Under the pieces are notes generated by a model. The model was given only the letters and a program-made list of their open reading frames with translations. It did not search any database and was not told where the DNA came from. Both the position numbers and the translations under genes were made by a program. A DNA stretch of 64,000 nucleotides from an uncultured Ignavibacteriaceae bacterium (GTDB lineage Bacteria > Bacteroidota > Ignavibacteria > Ignavibacteriales > Ignavibacteriaceae): the NCBI GenBank assembly GCA_963698205.1, contig CAVOPZ010000027.1, positions 1,742 through 65,741 on the forward strand, in the 5' to 3' direction. Of the stretch, positions 9,818 through 18,645 are shown piece by piece (the stretch's first letter is position 1; every line of letters starts with the position of its first letter).

Positions 9818-11023
9818 TTGAATATTTTAATCATCACACCTAGAATTCCTTATCCGCCTTATAGAGGTGATAAGCTTAAAATATTTAATCTGTCAAGAAT
9901 TTTAGTCAAAAATAATAATGTACATATTATAACTTTCTACAGAAACAATGAAGATAAAACGCTCACTAAACCCCTTGAAGAGCTAGGAATTAAAATACAT
10001 CTAATCAGGCTCACAATTTTTGAGTCTTTTTTTAATGCATTACTAGCAATATTTCAATCTATTCCGTTTCAGGTTGCCTGGTATAAATCAAAAAAAATGA
10101 AAAAAAGAATTGATGAATTATTGAATACGAACGATTTTGATGTTATTTACCATCATTTAATAAGAACCGCACAGTATTTATCAGTTGAAAGAAAAAATTC
10201 ACGTTTGGATGTTATCGACTTTACAGATGCAGTTTCACTTTATTTAAGCAGGATGGTCGACCAGGAAAAAAATATTATTAAAAAATTATTTATTAAGTCA
10301 GAATTAAAGAGAATAATTAAATACGAACAGATTGCAGAAAAGTTTGATGCTTTATTTATTTGTTCGGAAATTGATAAGAAATTTTTAATTGATAAAAAAA
10401 CTGCTCCTGAAATCCAAATTCTTAATAACGGTATCGATACTGAATATTTTTTTGCTAATGAAAATAATTTTGATGAGAAGAGAATTATTTTTACTGGTAA
10501 TATGCCGTATTATGCAAATTCTGATGCAGCAATATATTTTGCAAATGCGATTTTTCCACTTCTTCTTAAAAAGGATCCAAGTATTATTTTTTATATTGTT
10601 GGACAACAACCTCCGATTAGAATAAAAAATCTTGCTTCAAAAAATATTTTTGTCAGGGGATTTGTTAAAGATATAAAAGCAGAATATTTGAAGAGCGCAG
10701 TAACTGTTGCTCCTATGAGGTTTGGTGCCGGGACATTAAATAAAGTAATTGAATCAATTGCTCTTGGGGTACCGGTTGTAGCTACTCCGATAGCTGTTTC
10801 AGGTCTTCCAAAAGAATTAGAAAGATTTGTCCAAATTGCTGTTACGCCGCAAGAATTTGCACAAAAAATTTTCGATATTTTACAAGATAAAAACTTTAGA
10901 AGCAATACAATGTCAGAAGGAATAAAAGTTATTGGTCGACTTCTTAGTTGGGAGGTCATTGTTGGAAATTTTGAAAAATATCTTCAAACCAGATTAGATA
11001 CAAAAAAGACTAATCATGTCTAA
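9818..11023 (+). CDS. Family 4 (GT-B, group 1) glycosyltransferase
   Basis: MNILIITPRIPYPPYRGDKLKIFNL N-terminus. C-terminal GAGTLNKVIESIALGVPVVATP. Confidence 0.8.
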   Translation: MNILIITPRIPYPPYRGDKLKIFNLSRILVKNNNVHIITFYRNNEDKTLTKPLEELGIKIHLIRLTIFESFFNALLAIFQSIPFQVAWYKSKKMKKRIDELLNTNDFDVIYHHLIRTAQYLSVERKNSRLDVIDFTDAVSLYLSRMVDQEKNIIKKLFIKSELKRIIKYEQIAEKFDALFICSEIDKKFLIDKKTAPEIQILNNGIDTEYFFANENNFDEKRIIFTGNMPYYANSDAAIYFANAIFPLLLKKDPSIIFYIVGQQPPIRIKNLASKNIFVRGFVKDIKAEYLKSAVTVAPMRFGAGTLNKVIESIALGVPVVATPIAVSGLPKELERFVQIAVTPQEFAQKIFDILQDKNFRSNTMSEGIKVIGRLLSWEVIVGNFEKYLQTRLDTKKTNHV

Positions 11024-12419
11024 ATCCAAAGAAAAAATATTACTTCTACTTACAGATTTTCTGATGATCAATGCTGCCTGGTTTGTTTACAGTTATATTC
11101 GTTTGGAAACCGGCTGGTTTGATTTAATTATTGCACCCGAGTTCATCCTACCTATGATTGTAATTTATTTCTATTGGCTTATCATTTTTACTTTCGTTGG
11201 GATGTACCGCACCTGGTTTGCATCTTCTCGATTCGATGAAATATCAACTCTGTTTAAAGCTACATTTTTTGGGATTTTTTTACTCTTTTTCCTGATCTTT
11301 ATTGATGATTATCTTCACAATGTTGCTACGGCAACCAGAATATTGATCTTTATTTATTGGGGATTGTTTTTAATCCTAGTTGGTGCGGGAAGAATTTTTA
11401 TTAGAAGCGTCCAGCGAAGTTTATTAATTAAAGGGATAGGCAGAAGGCCCGGATTAGTTGTGGGTTATAATGCGCGAGGTAAAGAAGTTCTGGATTCGAT
11501 AAATAATGCACCTGCGCTTGGAATTGATATCGAAGCTTTTGTTGCTGTTAAAAATGAAAATATAGGAAAAGATTATAATGGAATCATTGTTGAAGGCACA
11601 ACTGAACAGCTTAATGAAATAATTGAAAAGTATAATGCGAAAGAAATTATTATCGCTCTTGAGAAAGAAGACCACGATATTCTTGTAGATGTTATATCAA
11701 GAACCGAAGGAAAAAATCTTAGTCTAAAAATTGTTCCTGATCTGTATGAAATTTTAAGCGGGCAAGCTCGCACTAGTCAAATTTATGGAATTCCGCTTAT
11801 CGATATTATGCCCGAGCTAATGCCAGTATGGGAAAAAAAGTTAAAGCGTTTGATGGATATATTTATTTCACTATTGTTATTACTAATAACTTCTCCAATT
11901 TTAATTATAGCTGCTGTAGCAATTAAGATTGACAGTGAAGGACCAGTTTTATTTAAACAGGAAAGATTAGGGCAAAATGGAAAACCATTTAAAGTATTAA
12001 AGTTTCGTTCGATGATAAAAGACGCTGAAAAGTACACTGGTCCTGTATGGTCGCAAAAAGATGATCCTCGCGTAACTAGATTAGGAAAATTTGTAAGAAA
12101 AGCAAGGATTGATGAAATACCTCAGATGGTTAATGTTCTGAAAGGGGAGATGAGTTTAGTTGGACCACGACCAGAGCGTGAATTTTTTGTTGAGAAACTC
12201 TCAAAGGAAATACCTTACTATAAAAGAAGATTAAAAGTTCGTCCTGGAGTTACCGGCTGGGCACAGATAAAACATAAATACGATGAATCAATTGAAGATG
12301 TAAAGATTAAGTTGCGTTACGATCTTTTCTATATTGAAAATATGTCAATCAGAATGGATTTTAAAATTTTATTGCGCACTGTGTTTGTTGTTCTTTTTGG
12401 TAAAGGGCATTACGATTAG
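11016..12419 (+). CDS. Polyprenyl-phosphate sugar phosphotransferase (large WbaP/EpsB-type priming PGT)
   Basis: Four N-terminal TM helices and a Rossmann-like linker. Full bacterial sugar transferase domain: GPVLFKQERLGQNGKPFKVLKFRSM, RIDEIPQMVNVLKGEMSLVGPRPE, RPGVTGWAQI, DLFYIENMSIRMDFKILLRT. Confidence 0.9.
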   Translation: MSKSKEKILLLLTDFLMINAAWFVYSYIRLETGWFDLIIAPEFILPMIVIYFYWLIIFTFVGMYRTWFASSRFDEISTLFKATFFGIFLLFFLIFIDDYLHNVATATRILIFIYWGLFLILVGAGRIFIRSVQRSLLIKGIGRRPGLVVGYNARGKEVLDSINNAPALGIDIEAFVAVKNENIGKDYNGIIVEGTTEQLNEIIEKYNAKEIIIALEKEDHDILVDVISRTEGKNLSLKIVPDLYEILSGQARTSQIYGIPLIDIMPELMPVWEKKLKRLMDIFISLLLLLITSPILIIAAVAIKIDSEGPVLFKQERLGQNGKPFKVLKFRSMIKDAEKYTGPVWSQKDDPRVTRLGKFVRKARIDEIPQMVNVLKGEMSLVGPRPEREFFVEKLSKEIPYYKRRLKVRPGVTGWAQIKHKYDESIEDVKIKLRYDLFYIENMSIRMDFKILLRTVFVVLFGKGHYD

Positions 12420-12493
12420 AAGCAGAGCGCTTTACGTAAAGGGCAGGGAGCAGAGCGTAAATCGCGAGAAACACTTTTGGCTATTTATCTAAA

Positions 12494-12530
12494 TGTCATT
12501 CAGTGATCATTCGATTGTCAATCAGTGGTC
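12494..12530. repeat. Left arm of the imperfect inverted repeat flanking the four-helix-bundle gene
   Basis: TGTCATTC (12494-12501) ... AGTGGTC (12524-12530) is the reverse complement of GACCACT ... GAATGACA downstream. Confidence 0.6.
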
Positions 12531-12568
12531 ATTTAATTATTGTGAATTTTAATTTAATGGAGGTTTAG

Positions 12569-12961
12569 ATGAAATTGGAAGAACTTCGCGTCTATCAATT
12601 AGCTATAAAATTAGCAGAAGATGTGTGGGATATTGTCATTAAATGGGATTACTTTACGAAGGATGCAATGGGTAAACAATTAATTAAAGCGGCAGACTCA
12701 GTTGCAGCAAATCTAAGCGAAGGATTTGGTAGATTTTTTTATAAAGAAGAAAGGCAATTCTGCTATTATTCAAGAGGTTCTTTGTATGAAACAAAAACAT
12801 GGTTAACAAAAGCCTCAAACAGAAATTTGATTACGATTGAAGAGTTTGAAAAGTTTATGAAAGAAGTAAATGATATTGGTGTTAAGTTAAACAACTATAT
12901 TAACTCGATCGGTAAGAAAAATTCAGAAGCAAATAAAATTCAAGAGCCTGAAAAAAAATGA
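12569..12961 (+). CDS. Four-helix-bundle protein (23S rRNA intervening-sequence protein family, PF05635/TIGR02436-like)
   Basis: LRVYQLAIKLAEDVWDIV...GKQLIKAADSVAANLSEGFGRF...FCYYSRGSLYETKTWL is the characteristic signature. SD GGAGG at 12559-12563. Confidence 0.85.
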   Translation: MKLEELRVYQLAIKLAEDVWDIVIKWDYFTKDAMGKQLIKAADSVAANLSEGFGRFFYKEERQFCYYSRGSLYETKTWLTKASNRNLITIEEFEKFMKEVNDIGVKLNNYINSIGKKNSEANKIQEPEKK

Positions 12962-12978
12962 ATAACCTTTAGAAATAG

Positions 12979-13001
12979 ACCACTAATGACGAAGAATGAC
13001 A
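12979..13001. repeat. Right arm of the imperfect inverted repeat flanking the four-helix-bundle gene
   Basis: GACCACT (12979-12985) ... GAATGACA (12994-13001), complementary to the upstream arm. Confidence 0.6.
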
Positions 13002-13053
13002 ATAAATCAAATAGTAAAATATAATTCTGATATTATTTTTATCTAATCCATCA

Positions 13054-13776
13054 ATGAAAACTGAAAAAACATTAGTAATTATTCCAACTTATAACGAGCA
13101 TGAAAATGTTCGCAAGCTTATTCCCGACGTTTTATCACAAGACGAAAGCATTCATCTGCTCATCGTCGATGATGGATCTCCTGATGGGACGGGAAATTAT
13201 GTTGAGGAAGAATCAAGAAAGAATAATCGGATTCATCTCCTGAAGAGAGAAAAGAAGATGGGATTAGGAACAGCTTATCTTGCTGGATTTAAATATGCCC
13301 TAAAAAACGATTATGATTTTATTTTTGAAATGGATGCAGACTTTTCCCACGATCCAAATGAATTGAAAAATTTTTTATTCGCTATAAAAGATAATGATCT
13401 TGTGCTTGGAAGCAGATACATTAATGGTGTACGCGTTCTTAACTGGCCAATGACCCGGTTGTTATTAAGTTTTTTTGCTAGTGTTTATACAAGATTAATT
13501 ACAGGATTACCGGTTCGGGATGCGACAGGCGGATTTAAGTGTTTTCGCAGAAAAGTTTTGGAATCGATTGATCTTAATAAAATTAAATCAAACGGATATT
13601 CTTTTCAGATCGAGATGACATTTAAAGCTTATTCAAAAGGATTTAGGATAAAAGAAATTCCAATTGTCTTTACTGATCGTGTAAAGGGAAAATCTAAAAT
13701 GTCCAAAAAAATTGTACGTGAAGCTGTACTGATGGTTTGGAAACTCAGGCTGCAGCATATGTTTGGTAAATTGTAA
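13054..13776 (+). CDS. Polyprenol-monophosphate mannose/glycose synthase (GT2, DPM1/Ppm1-like)
   Basis: LVIIPTYNEHENV...LLIVDDGSPDGTG...GLGTAYLAGF...MDADFSHDP...SNGYSFQIEM, the canonical dolichyl/polyprenyl-phosphate glycosyltransferase pattern. Confidence 0.85.
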   Translation: MKTEKTLVIIPTYNEHENVRKLIPDVLSQDESIHLLIVDDGSPDGTGNYVEEESRKNNRIHLLKREKKMGLGTAYLAGFKYALKNDYDFIFEMDADFSHDPNELKNFLFAIKDNDLVLGSRYINGVRVLNWPMTRLLLSFFASVYTRLITGLPVRDATGGFKCFRRKVLESIDLNKIKSNGYSFQIEMTFKAYSKGFRIKEIPIVFTDRVKGKSKMSKKIVREAVLMVWKLRLQHMFGKL

Positions 13777-13787
13777 GGATCGTTTAT

Positions 13788-15767
13788 TTGGATCTTTCAA
13801 TAATCATAGTAAACTACAACGTAAAAGAATTCCTTCAGAATTTAATACATTCTATTGAAAAAGCTTCATCCACAATTACTAAAGAAATTATAATTATTGA
13901 TAACGCATCCGATGATGGCAGTGTTGATTTTATAACAGAAAAGTTTCCATATGTTAAATTAAATGCCAACCAAAATAATCTTGGTTTTGGTAAAGCAAAT
14001 AATATTGGATTAAAAGAAGTTCGTGGAAAGTATATCCTTCTTATTAACCCTGACACAATTGTGGCTGAAGATACATTTGAAAAGATGATCCGGTTTTTTG
14101 AAAATAATCCGGATGCCGGATTAGCAGGATGTAAAATCTTGAATCCGGATGGCACGTTGCAGTTAGCCTGCCGAAGAAGTTTTCCCGGTCCGTGGACATC
14201 ATTTACCAAAGTAACAGGATTAAGTACTTTCTTTAATAAAAGCAAAATTTTTGCAAGGTACAATCTTACATATCTTGATGAAAACCAAACATACGAAGTA
14301 GATGCAATTTCAGGTTCATTTATGATGATGCGAAGAAAAGTTTATGATAAAGTCGGCGGCTTCGATGAACAGTTTTTCATGTATGGTGAAGATTTAGATT
14401 TCTGTTACAGGGTTCAGAAAGCGGGATTTAAAGTTTATTATGTTCACTCAACTCAAATAATTCATTATAAAGGTGAAAGCACAAAACGAAGCAGCCTTGA
14501 TGAAACAAAAGTATTTTACAGTGCCATGCATCTGTTTGTTAAAAAACATTTATCCAGCTCATTGTTAGTCAGCTTGATTCTTCGAAGTGCGATTGCAGTG
14601 AGAAGTGTATTTGCATTTTTAGGTGTTAAAAAACTTATTGTACTTTCTTTAATTCTTGATTTTATTTTCTTTGATCTGTGTTTGCTTGGTGCTGAAAAGA
14701 TTTATCATAATCTAAGTAATTGGAGCGGCTTTCCTGGTTTTGCAATCCCAATTGTTTATACGGTGCCGGCATTAATTCAAATCTTCGTATCGTTTGTAAT
14801 TGGGAATTACAAAAAGGACAAGCTATCTGTTTCAAAAACTATTCTTTCGATCTTAATCAGTTTACCCATTTTAACTTCACTCACATTTTTCTTTAAAGAT
14901 TTTGCATTCAGTCGTGCGATAGTTCTAATAACTTATGCATTTTTATTTGTGGTTCTTTCTAGCTGGAGAATTGTGTTTAAGATTATTTTTAAATCCGGTT
15001 TGACTGATGATAATCTTAAACAGAAAAGAACTTTAATTGTTGGAATGGAAGAAAGCGCAATTCAAATAGGAAAAAAAATTAAAAAGAAAAAAACAGATAG
15101 AAGGAGCATTATAGGTCTGATTGGATTTTCTAATAAAAATATTGGAGATAAGATTGATGCATTTGAAGTCATTGGTACTGATCAAAATATTAAACGTGTG
15201 ATAAGAGAAAATAAAATTAATGAGATTATTTTTTCATCCGGTGAATTATCTTACAATAAAATGATGGAAATTGTTGGCAAGTGCAGGGAAGAGAATGTTG
15301 AGTTTAAGATTGTTGGAAGTAACCTGGATTTTATAGTTGGCAAAACTGCTGTTACTATGCTTGATGATATGCCTGTTATTGAATTAAACAATAATATCTC
15401 GCAGCCTCAGCTGAGATTTATAAAAACATTATTTGATTATTCAATTGTGATTCCTTCTTTGTTTTTACTCTATCCTTTTATATTTTTCAAAAGCAAACTA
15501 GCACAAGCACAATCTGATTTTACAAAATTTGTTTTAGGATTTCCTAAAGTTTTAATTGGCAAAGCAAGTTTGGTTGGGCCCAGGGCAAGTGAAACGCAAA
15601 AGGATAACTTTTTAGGTAAGTCGGGTTTAACAGGATATTGGTATATTGAAACAGAAGATCTTGAAGAATTAGAGAAAATAAATTTTTATTATGCAAAAAA
15701 TCAAAACATTTGGCTGGATATTGAAATAATTGCCAAATCGTTAAATAAAATGTGGAGCAAAAAGTAA
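13788..15767 (+). CDS. Fusion protein: N-terminal GT2 glycosyltransferase, then the TM/Rossmann scaffold of a large PGT, then a truncated degenerate sugar-transferase domain
   Basis: aa 1-240 GT2 (LSIIIVNYN...[10 protein letters not shown]...FGKANNIG...GEDLDFCYR). aa 255-405 TM helices. aa 414-535 WbaP-like linker ([15 protein letters not shown]...IIGLIGF...EIIFSS). aa 541-659 retains [31 protein letters not shown] but lacks the GPVxF...KFRSM and DE-x-PQ segments seen in the neighbouring PGT. Confidence 0.7.
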   Translation: MDLSIIIVNYNVKEFLQNLIHSIEKASSTITKEIIIIDNASDDGSVDFITEKFPYVKLNANQNNLGFGKANNIGLKEVRGKYILLINPDTIVAEDTFEKMIRFFENNPDAGLAGCKILNPDGTLQLACRRSFPGPWTSFTKVTGLSTFFNKSKIFARYNLTYLDENQTYEVDAISGSFMMMRRKVYDKVGGFDEQFFMYGEDLDFCYRVQKAGFKVYYVHSTQIIHYKGESTKRSSLDETKVFYSAMHLFVKKHLSSSLLVSLILRSAIAVRSVFAFLGVKKLIVLSLILDFIFFDLCLLGAEKIYHNLSNWSGFPGFAIPIVYTVPALIQIFVSFVIGNYKKDKLSVSKTILSILISLPILTSLTFFFKDFAFSRAIVLITYAFLFVVLSSWRIVFKIIFKSGLTDDNLKQKRTLIVGMEESAIQIGKKIKKKKTDRRSIIGLIGFSNKNIGDKIDAFEVIGTDQNIKRVIRENKINEIIFSSGELSYNKMMEIVGKCREENVEFKIVGSNLDFIVGKTAVTMLDDMPVIELNNNISQPQLRFIKTLFDYSIVIPSLFLLYPFIFFKSKLAQAQSDFTKFVLGFPKVLIGKASLVGPRASETQKDNFLGKSGLTGYWYIETEDLEELEKINFYYAKNQNIWLDIEIIAKSLNKMWSKK

Positions 15768-15769
15768 GA

Positions 15770-16720
15770 ATGGCAAAAACAATTTTAGATTTTGAAAAAC
15801 CGGTTTATGAGTTAGAATCTAAATTAGATGAAATGAAAAAATTCTCCGATAACCTTGATATCGAAAAAGATATTATAAGGCTCGAAGAAAAGGTAAGACA
15901 ATTGAAAGTTGAATTATATAGAGATCTTTCAAGATGGCAGCGTGTACAGTTAGCTCGTCATCCTGACAGACCATTTACTCTAGATTACATCTATGCTATG
16001 ACTGAATCATTTGTCGAGTTACATGGAGACAGAGCTTTTAAAGATGATAAAGCTATTGTCGGCGGACTTGCTTCAATCGGTCATCATAAAGTTGTAATTA
16101 TGGGACAGCAAAAGGGTAGAGATACGAAATCTAACGTATTCAGAAATTTTGGAATGATGAATCCTGAAGGTTATCGTAAAGCATTGCGATTGATGAAACT
16201 CGCTGAAAAATTTAATCGTCCCGTTATCACATTAATCGACACTCCCGGTGCATTTCCAGGTCTTGAAGCTGAAGAACGCGGACAAGCGGAGGCAATTGCA
16301 AGAAATTTATTTGAAATGAGTAAGCTTAAAGTTCCTATAATTGTTGTGATAATTGGTGAGGGTGCAAGCGGCGGAGCTTTAGGGATTGGCGTTGGCGATA
16401 GAATTTTAATGCTGGAAAATTGCTGGTACTCTGTTATAAGTCCGGAATCTTGCTCAAGCATTTTATGGAGAAGCTGGGATTACAAAGAACAAGCTGCCGA
16501 AGCACTTAAACTTACTGCACCTGATTTATTGGAGCAGGGAATAATTGATAGAATAATTAAAGAACCTCTTGGCGGCGCACACAAAAATCATAAAGAAGCT
16601 GCCGATACACTTAAATCCGCATTAATTGAAGAACTTGATGAACTAATAAAAGTTAAACCTGATAAGCTTGTTGATAATCGTATAGAAAAATTTGGAAAGA
16701 TTGGTGCATACGTGGAATAA
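15770..16720 (+). CDS. accA: Acetyl-CoA carboxylase carboxyltransferase subunit alpha
   Basis: [14 protein letters not shown]...[12 protein letters not shown]...[49 protein letters not shown]...[14 protein letters not shown] at 15770 chosen over the upstream in-frame extension. Confidence 0.95.
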   Translation: MAKTILDFEKPVYELESKLDEMKKFSDNLDIEKDIIRLEEKVRQLKVELYRDLSRWQRVQLARHPDRPFTLDYIYAMTESFVELHGDRAFKDDKAIVGGLASIGHHKVVIMGQQKGRDTKSNVFRNFGMMNPEGYRKALRLMKLAEKFNRPVITLIDTPGAFPGLEAEERGQAEAIARNLFEMSKLKVPIIVVIIGEGASGGALGIGVGDRILMLENCWYSVISPESCSSILWRSWDYKEQAAEALKLTAPDLLEQGIIDRIIKEPLGGAHKNHKEAADTLKSALIEELDELIKVKPDKLVDNRIEKFGKIGAYVE

Positions 16721-16755
16721 AAAATTTTTAATCATTTAATTTTTCTGAGGTTTTT

Positions 16756-17274
16756 ATGAAAACTTTAATCTTTATAAATTTAATTCTCTTTGTCACTACC
16801 GAAATTTCATCTCAAACGTGTAATAACTTTTCTTTTAATCAAATTCATTCATCGTATAGCACATCTCAGTTTTCAGTTCAATTTGAGGATACTTTAGATT
16901 TAAATATTCCAAGTGAAAAATCACCGTGGCTTGCTTTTCTATTCTCATATATTTTTCCCGGCGGCGGACAATTATATAATGGCCAACCTGTAAAAGGATT
17001 ATTATTTTTAACAGGTTTTACAGCAGGAATTGGTGTCGCTATTATTGGTTATCCAGGTGCAGATTTTGAAGCAACGCAGCGGGATAAAGCGTTTTTATAT
17101 TCTGGTATTGGTCTGGCTGGGATATTTTATTTATGGCAGTTAATTGATGCACCCGTTTCTGCATCGAGTATAAATGAAGAAAGACGAATTAAACTAAATA
17201 AAGTTGAATTAGGACTGGTACAGCAAATTACCGGTACCGGTTTTAATACAACCTTAAAAGTTTACTTTTATTAG
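16756..17274 (+). CDS. Small membrane protein, function unknown
   Basis: Signal/TM N-terminus and two internal hydrophobic helices with a PGGGQLYNGQ motif. No family recognised with confidence. Confidence 0.4.
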   Translation: MKTLIFINLILFVTTEISSQTCNNFSFNQIHSSYSTSQFSVQFEDTLDLNIPSEKSPWLAFLFSYIFPGGGQLYNGQPVKGLLFLTGFTAGIGVAIIGYPGADFEATQRDKAFLYSGIGLAGIFYLWQLIDAPVSASSINEERRIKLNKVELGLVQQITGTGFNTTLKVYFY

Positions 17275-17383
17275 ATCTATTATATTTGTTATTAAAGTCT
17301 TTCTCGGACAAAATGATTAAAGCAATCATTATTTGCCTTGGATTTTTTTATCTTAGCTCATCTAAAAAACAATAATAAATTAA

Positions 17384-17794
17384 ATGTTAAAACACTACAC
17401 TGAGGTTCGGGTAAGGTATGCAGATACTGACCAAATGCGATTTGCGTACAATGGAAAATATTTTGAGTACTTTGAAGTCGGCAGAACAGAAATGATGCGG
17501 GAAGTTGGATTGCCATATCAGGTAATAGAAAACAGTGGTTTTTATATGCCGGTTATCGAAACTAAAATTCATTTTTTCTCTCCGGCTTTTTATGATGAGC
17601 TTTTAGTGATTGAAACGCGTGTTGAAAAATTACCAACAGTAAAAGTTCATATTGATCATATTATCAAAGCAAAAGAAAGAGATGTTGTGATTTGTGAAGG
17701 TTATGTTGAGCTGGCTTTTCTTGATTCTAAAACAAACAAACCAACGCGTGCGCCAAAACTTTTTATTGATGCTGTTAAAAAATATTATGAGTAA
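17384..17794 (+). CDS. Acyl-CoA thioesterase, YbgC/4HBT hot-dog family
   Basis: VRVRYADTDQMRFAYNGKYFEYFEVGRTEMMRE is the typical 4HBT N-terminal catalytic region. 136 aa. Confidence 0.85.
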   Translation: MLKHYTEVRVRYADTDQMRFAYNGKYFEYFEVGRTEMMREVGLPYQVIENSGFYMPVIETKIHFFSPAFYDELLVIETRVEKLPTVKVHIDHIIKAKERDVVICEGYVELAFLDSKTNKPTRAPKLFIDAVKKYYE

Positions 17795-17796
17795 TA

Positions 17797-18636
17797 ATGG
17801 ATAAATCAATTTTAAAACTTATTGCAAATGCGCTTAAAGAAGATGTTGGAAATGGTGATGTTACAACAAAAGCAGCAATCGGCAAATCAAAAAAAGCTGT
17901 TGGAAAATTTCTGGTTAAGGCAGATGGAATTATTGCAGGATTAGAAATTGTAAAAGCGGTTTTCAAATCAGTTGATTCAAAAGTAAAATTTGAAGTAAAA
18001 GTTAAAGATGGTTCAAAAGTAAAATATGGTGATGTTGCAGCAATCGTTAGCGGTAAGGCGCAGTCATTACTAACAGCTGAACGCACAGCATTAAATTTTT
18101 TACAACGAATGAGCGGCATTGCAACATCTGCAAATATTTATTCAGAAAAAGTAAAGCACACTAAAGCCAAAGTAATCGATACACGAAAAACTGTTCCCGG
18201 TTTACGTGTGCTTGATAAAATGGCAGTTAAGTTTGGCGGTTGTGCAAATCATAGAATTGGTTTGTATGATATGTTTTTAATTAAAGATAATCATGTTGAA
18301 GTTGCAGGCTCTATCACTAAAGCCGTGGAGGCTTGCATAAAGTATCAGAAAAAACATCGCACCAAATTTAAGATTGAAGTAGAAACGAAAAATCTAAAAG
18401 AAGTTGAAGAGGCTATTAGAACAAAAGCTGATATTATTATGCTTGATAATTTTGAAATAGATGAAATGAAAAAAGCTGTGCATTTAATTAATGGTAAATG
18501 TAAGGTTGAAGCTTCGGGCGGAGTAAATTTAGATACGATTAAAGAAATTGCAGAAACAGGAGTTGATTTTATTTCTGTTGGCGCATTAACACACAGTGTT
18601 AAAGCTTTGGATATTTCACTTGAGATTACGGTCTAA
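17797..18636 (+). CDS. nadC: Nicotinate-nucleotide pyrophosphorylase (carboxylating)
   Basis: EDVGNGDVTT...ERTALNFLQRMSGIAT...DTRKTVPGLR...KFGGCANHRIGLYD...IKDNH...IMLDN...EASGG. Confidence 0.95.
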   Translation: MDKSILKLIANALKEDVGNGDVTTKAAIGKSKKAVGKFLVKADGIIAGLEIVKAVFKSVDSKVKFEVKVKDGSKVKYGDVAAIVSGKAQSLLTAERTALNFLQRMSGIATSANIYSEKVKHTKAKVIDTRKTVPGLRVLDKMAVKFGGCANHRIGLYDMFLIKDNHVEVAGSITKAVEACIKYQKKHRTKFKIEVETKNLKEVEEAIRTKADIIMLDNFEIDEMKKAVHLINGKCKVEASGGVNLDTIKEIAETGVDFISVGALTHSVKALDISLEITV

Positions 18637-18645
18637 TATATTCTG

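Noticed and set aside
10591-10959. Antisense ORFs of 122 aa here and 142 aa at 13835-14263, inside glycosyltransferase genes
   Set aside because: The sense-strand products carry clear GT4/GT2 motifs. The antisense translations have no recognisable features.
12569-12961. Four-helix-bundle gene as the Avd component of a diversity-generating retroelement
   Set aside because: No reverse transcriptase gene, template/variable repeat pair or target gene with a C-terminal variable region is nearby. The neighbours are ordinary glycosyltransferases.
17313-17375. 20-codon hydrophobic micro-ORF (MIKAIIICLGFFYLSSSKKQ) upstream of the thioesterase gene
   Set aside because: There is no SD and no conservation evidence is available. 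It overlaps a simple AATGATT/AATCATT palindrome. Cannot be supported from sequence alone.
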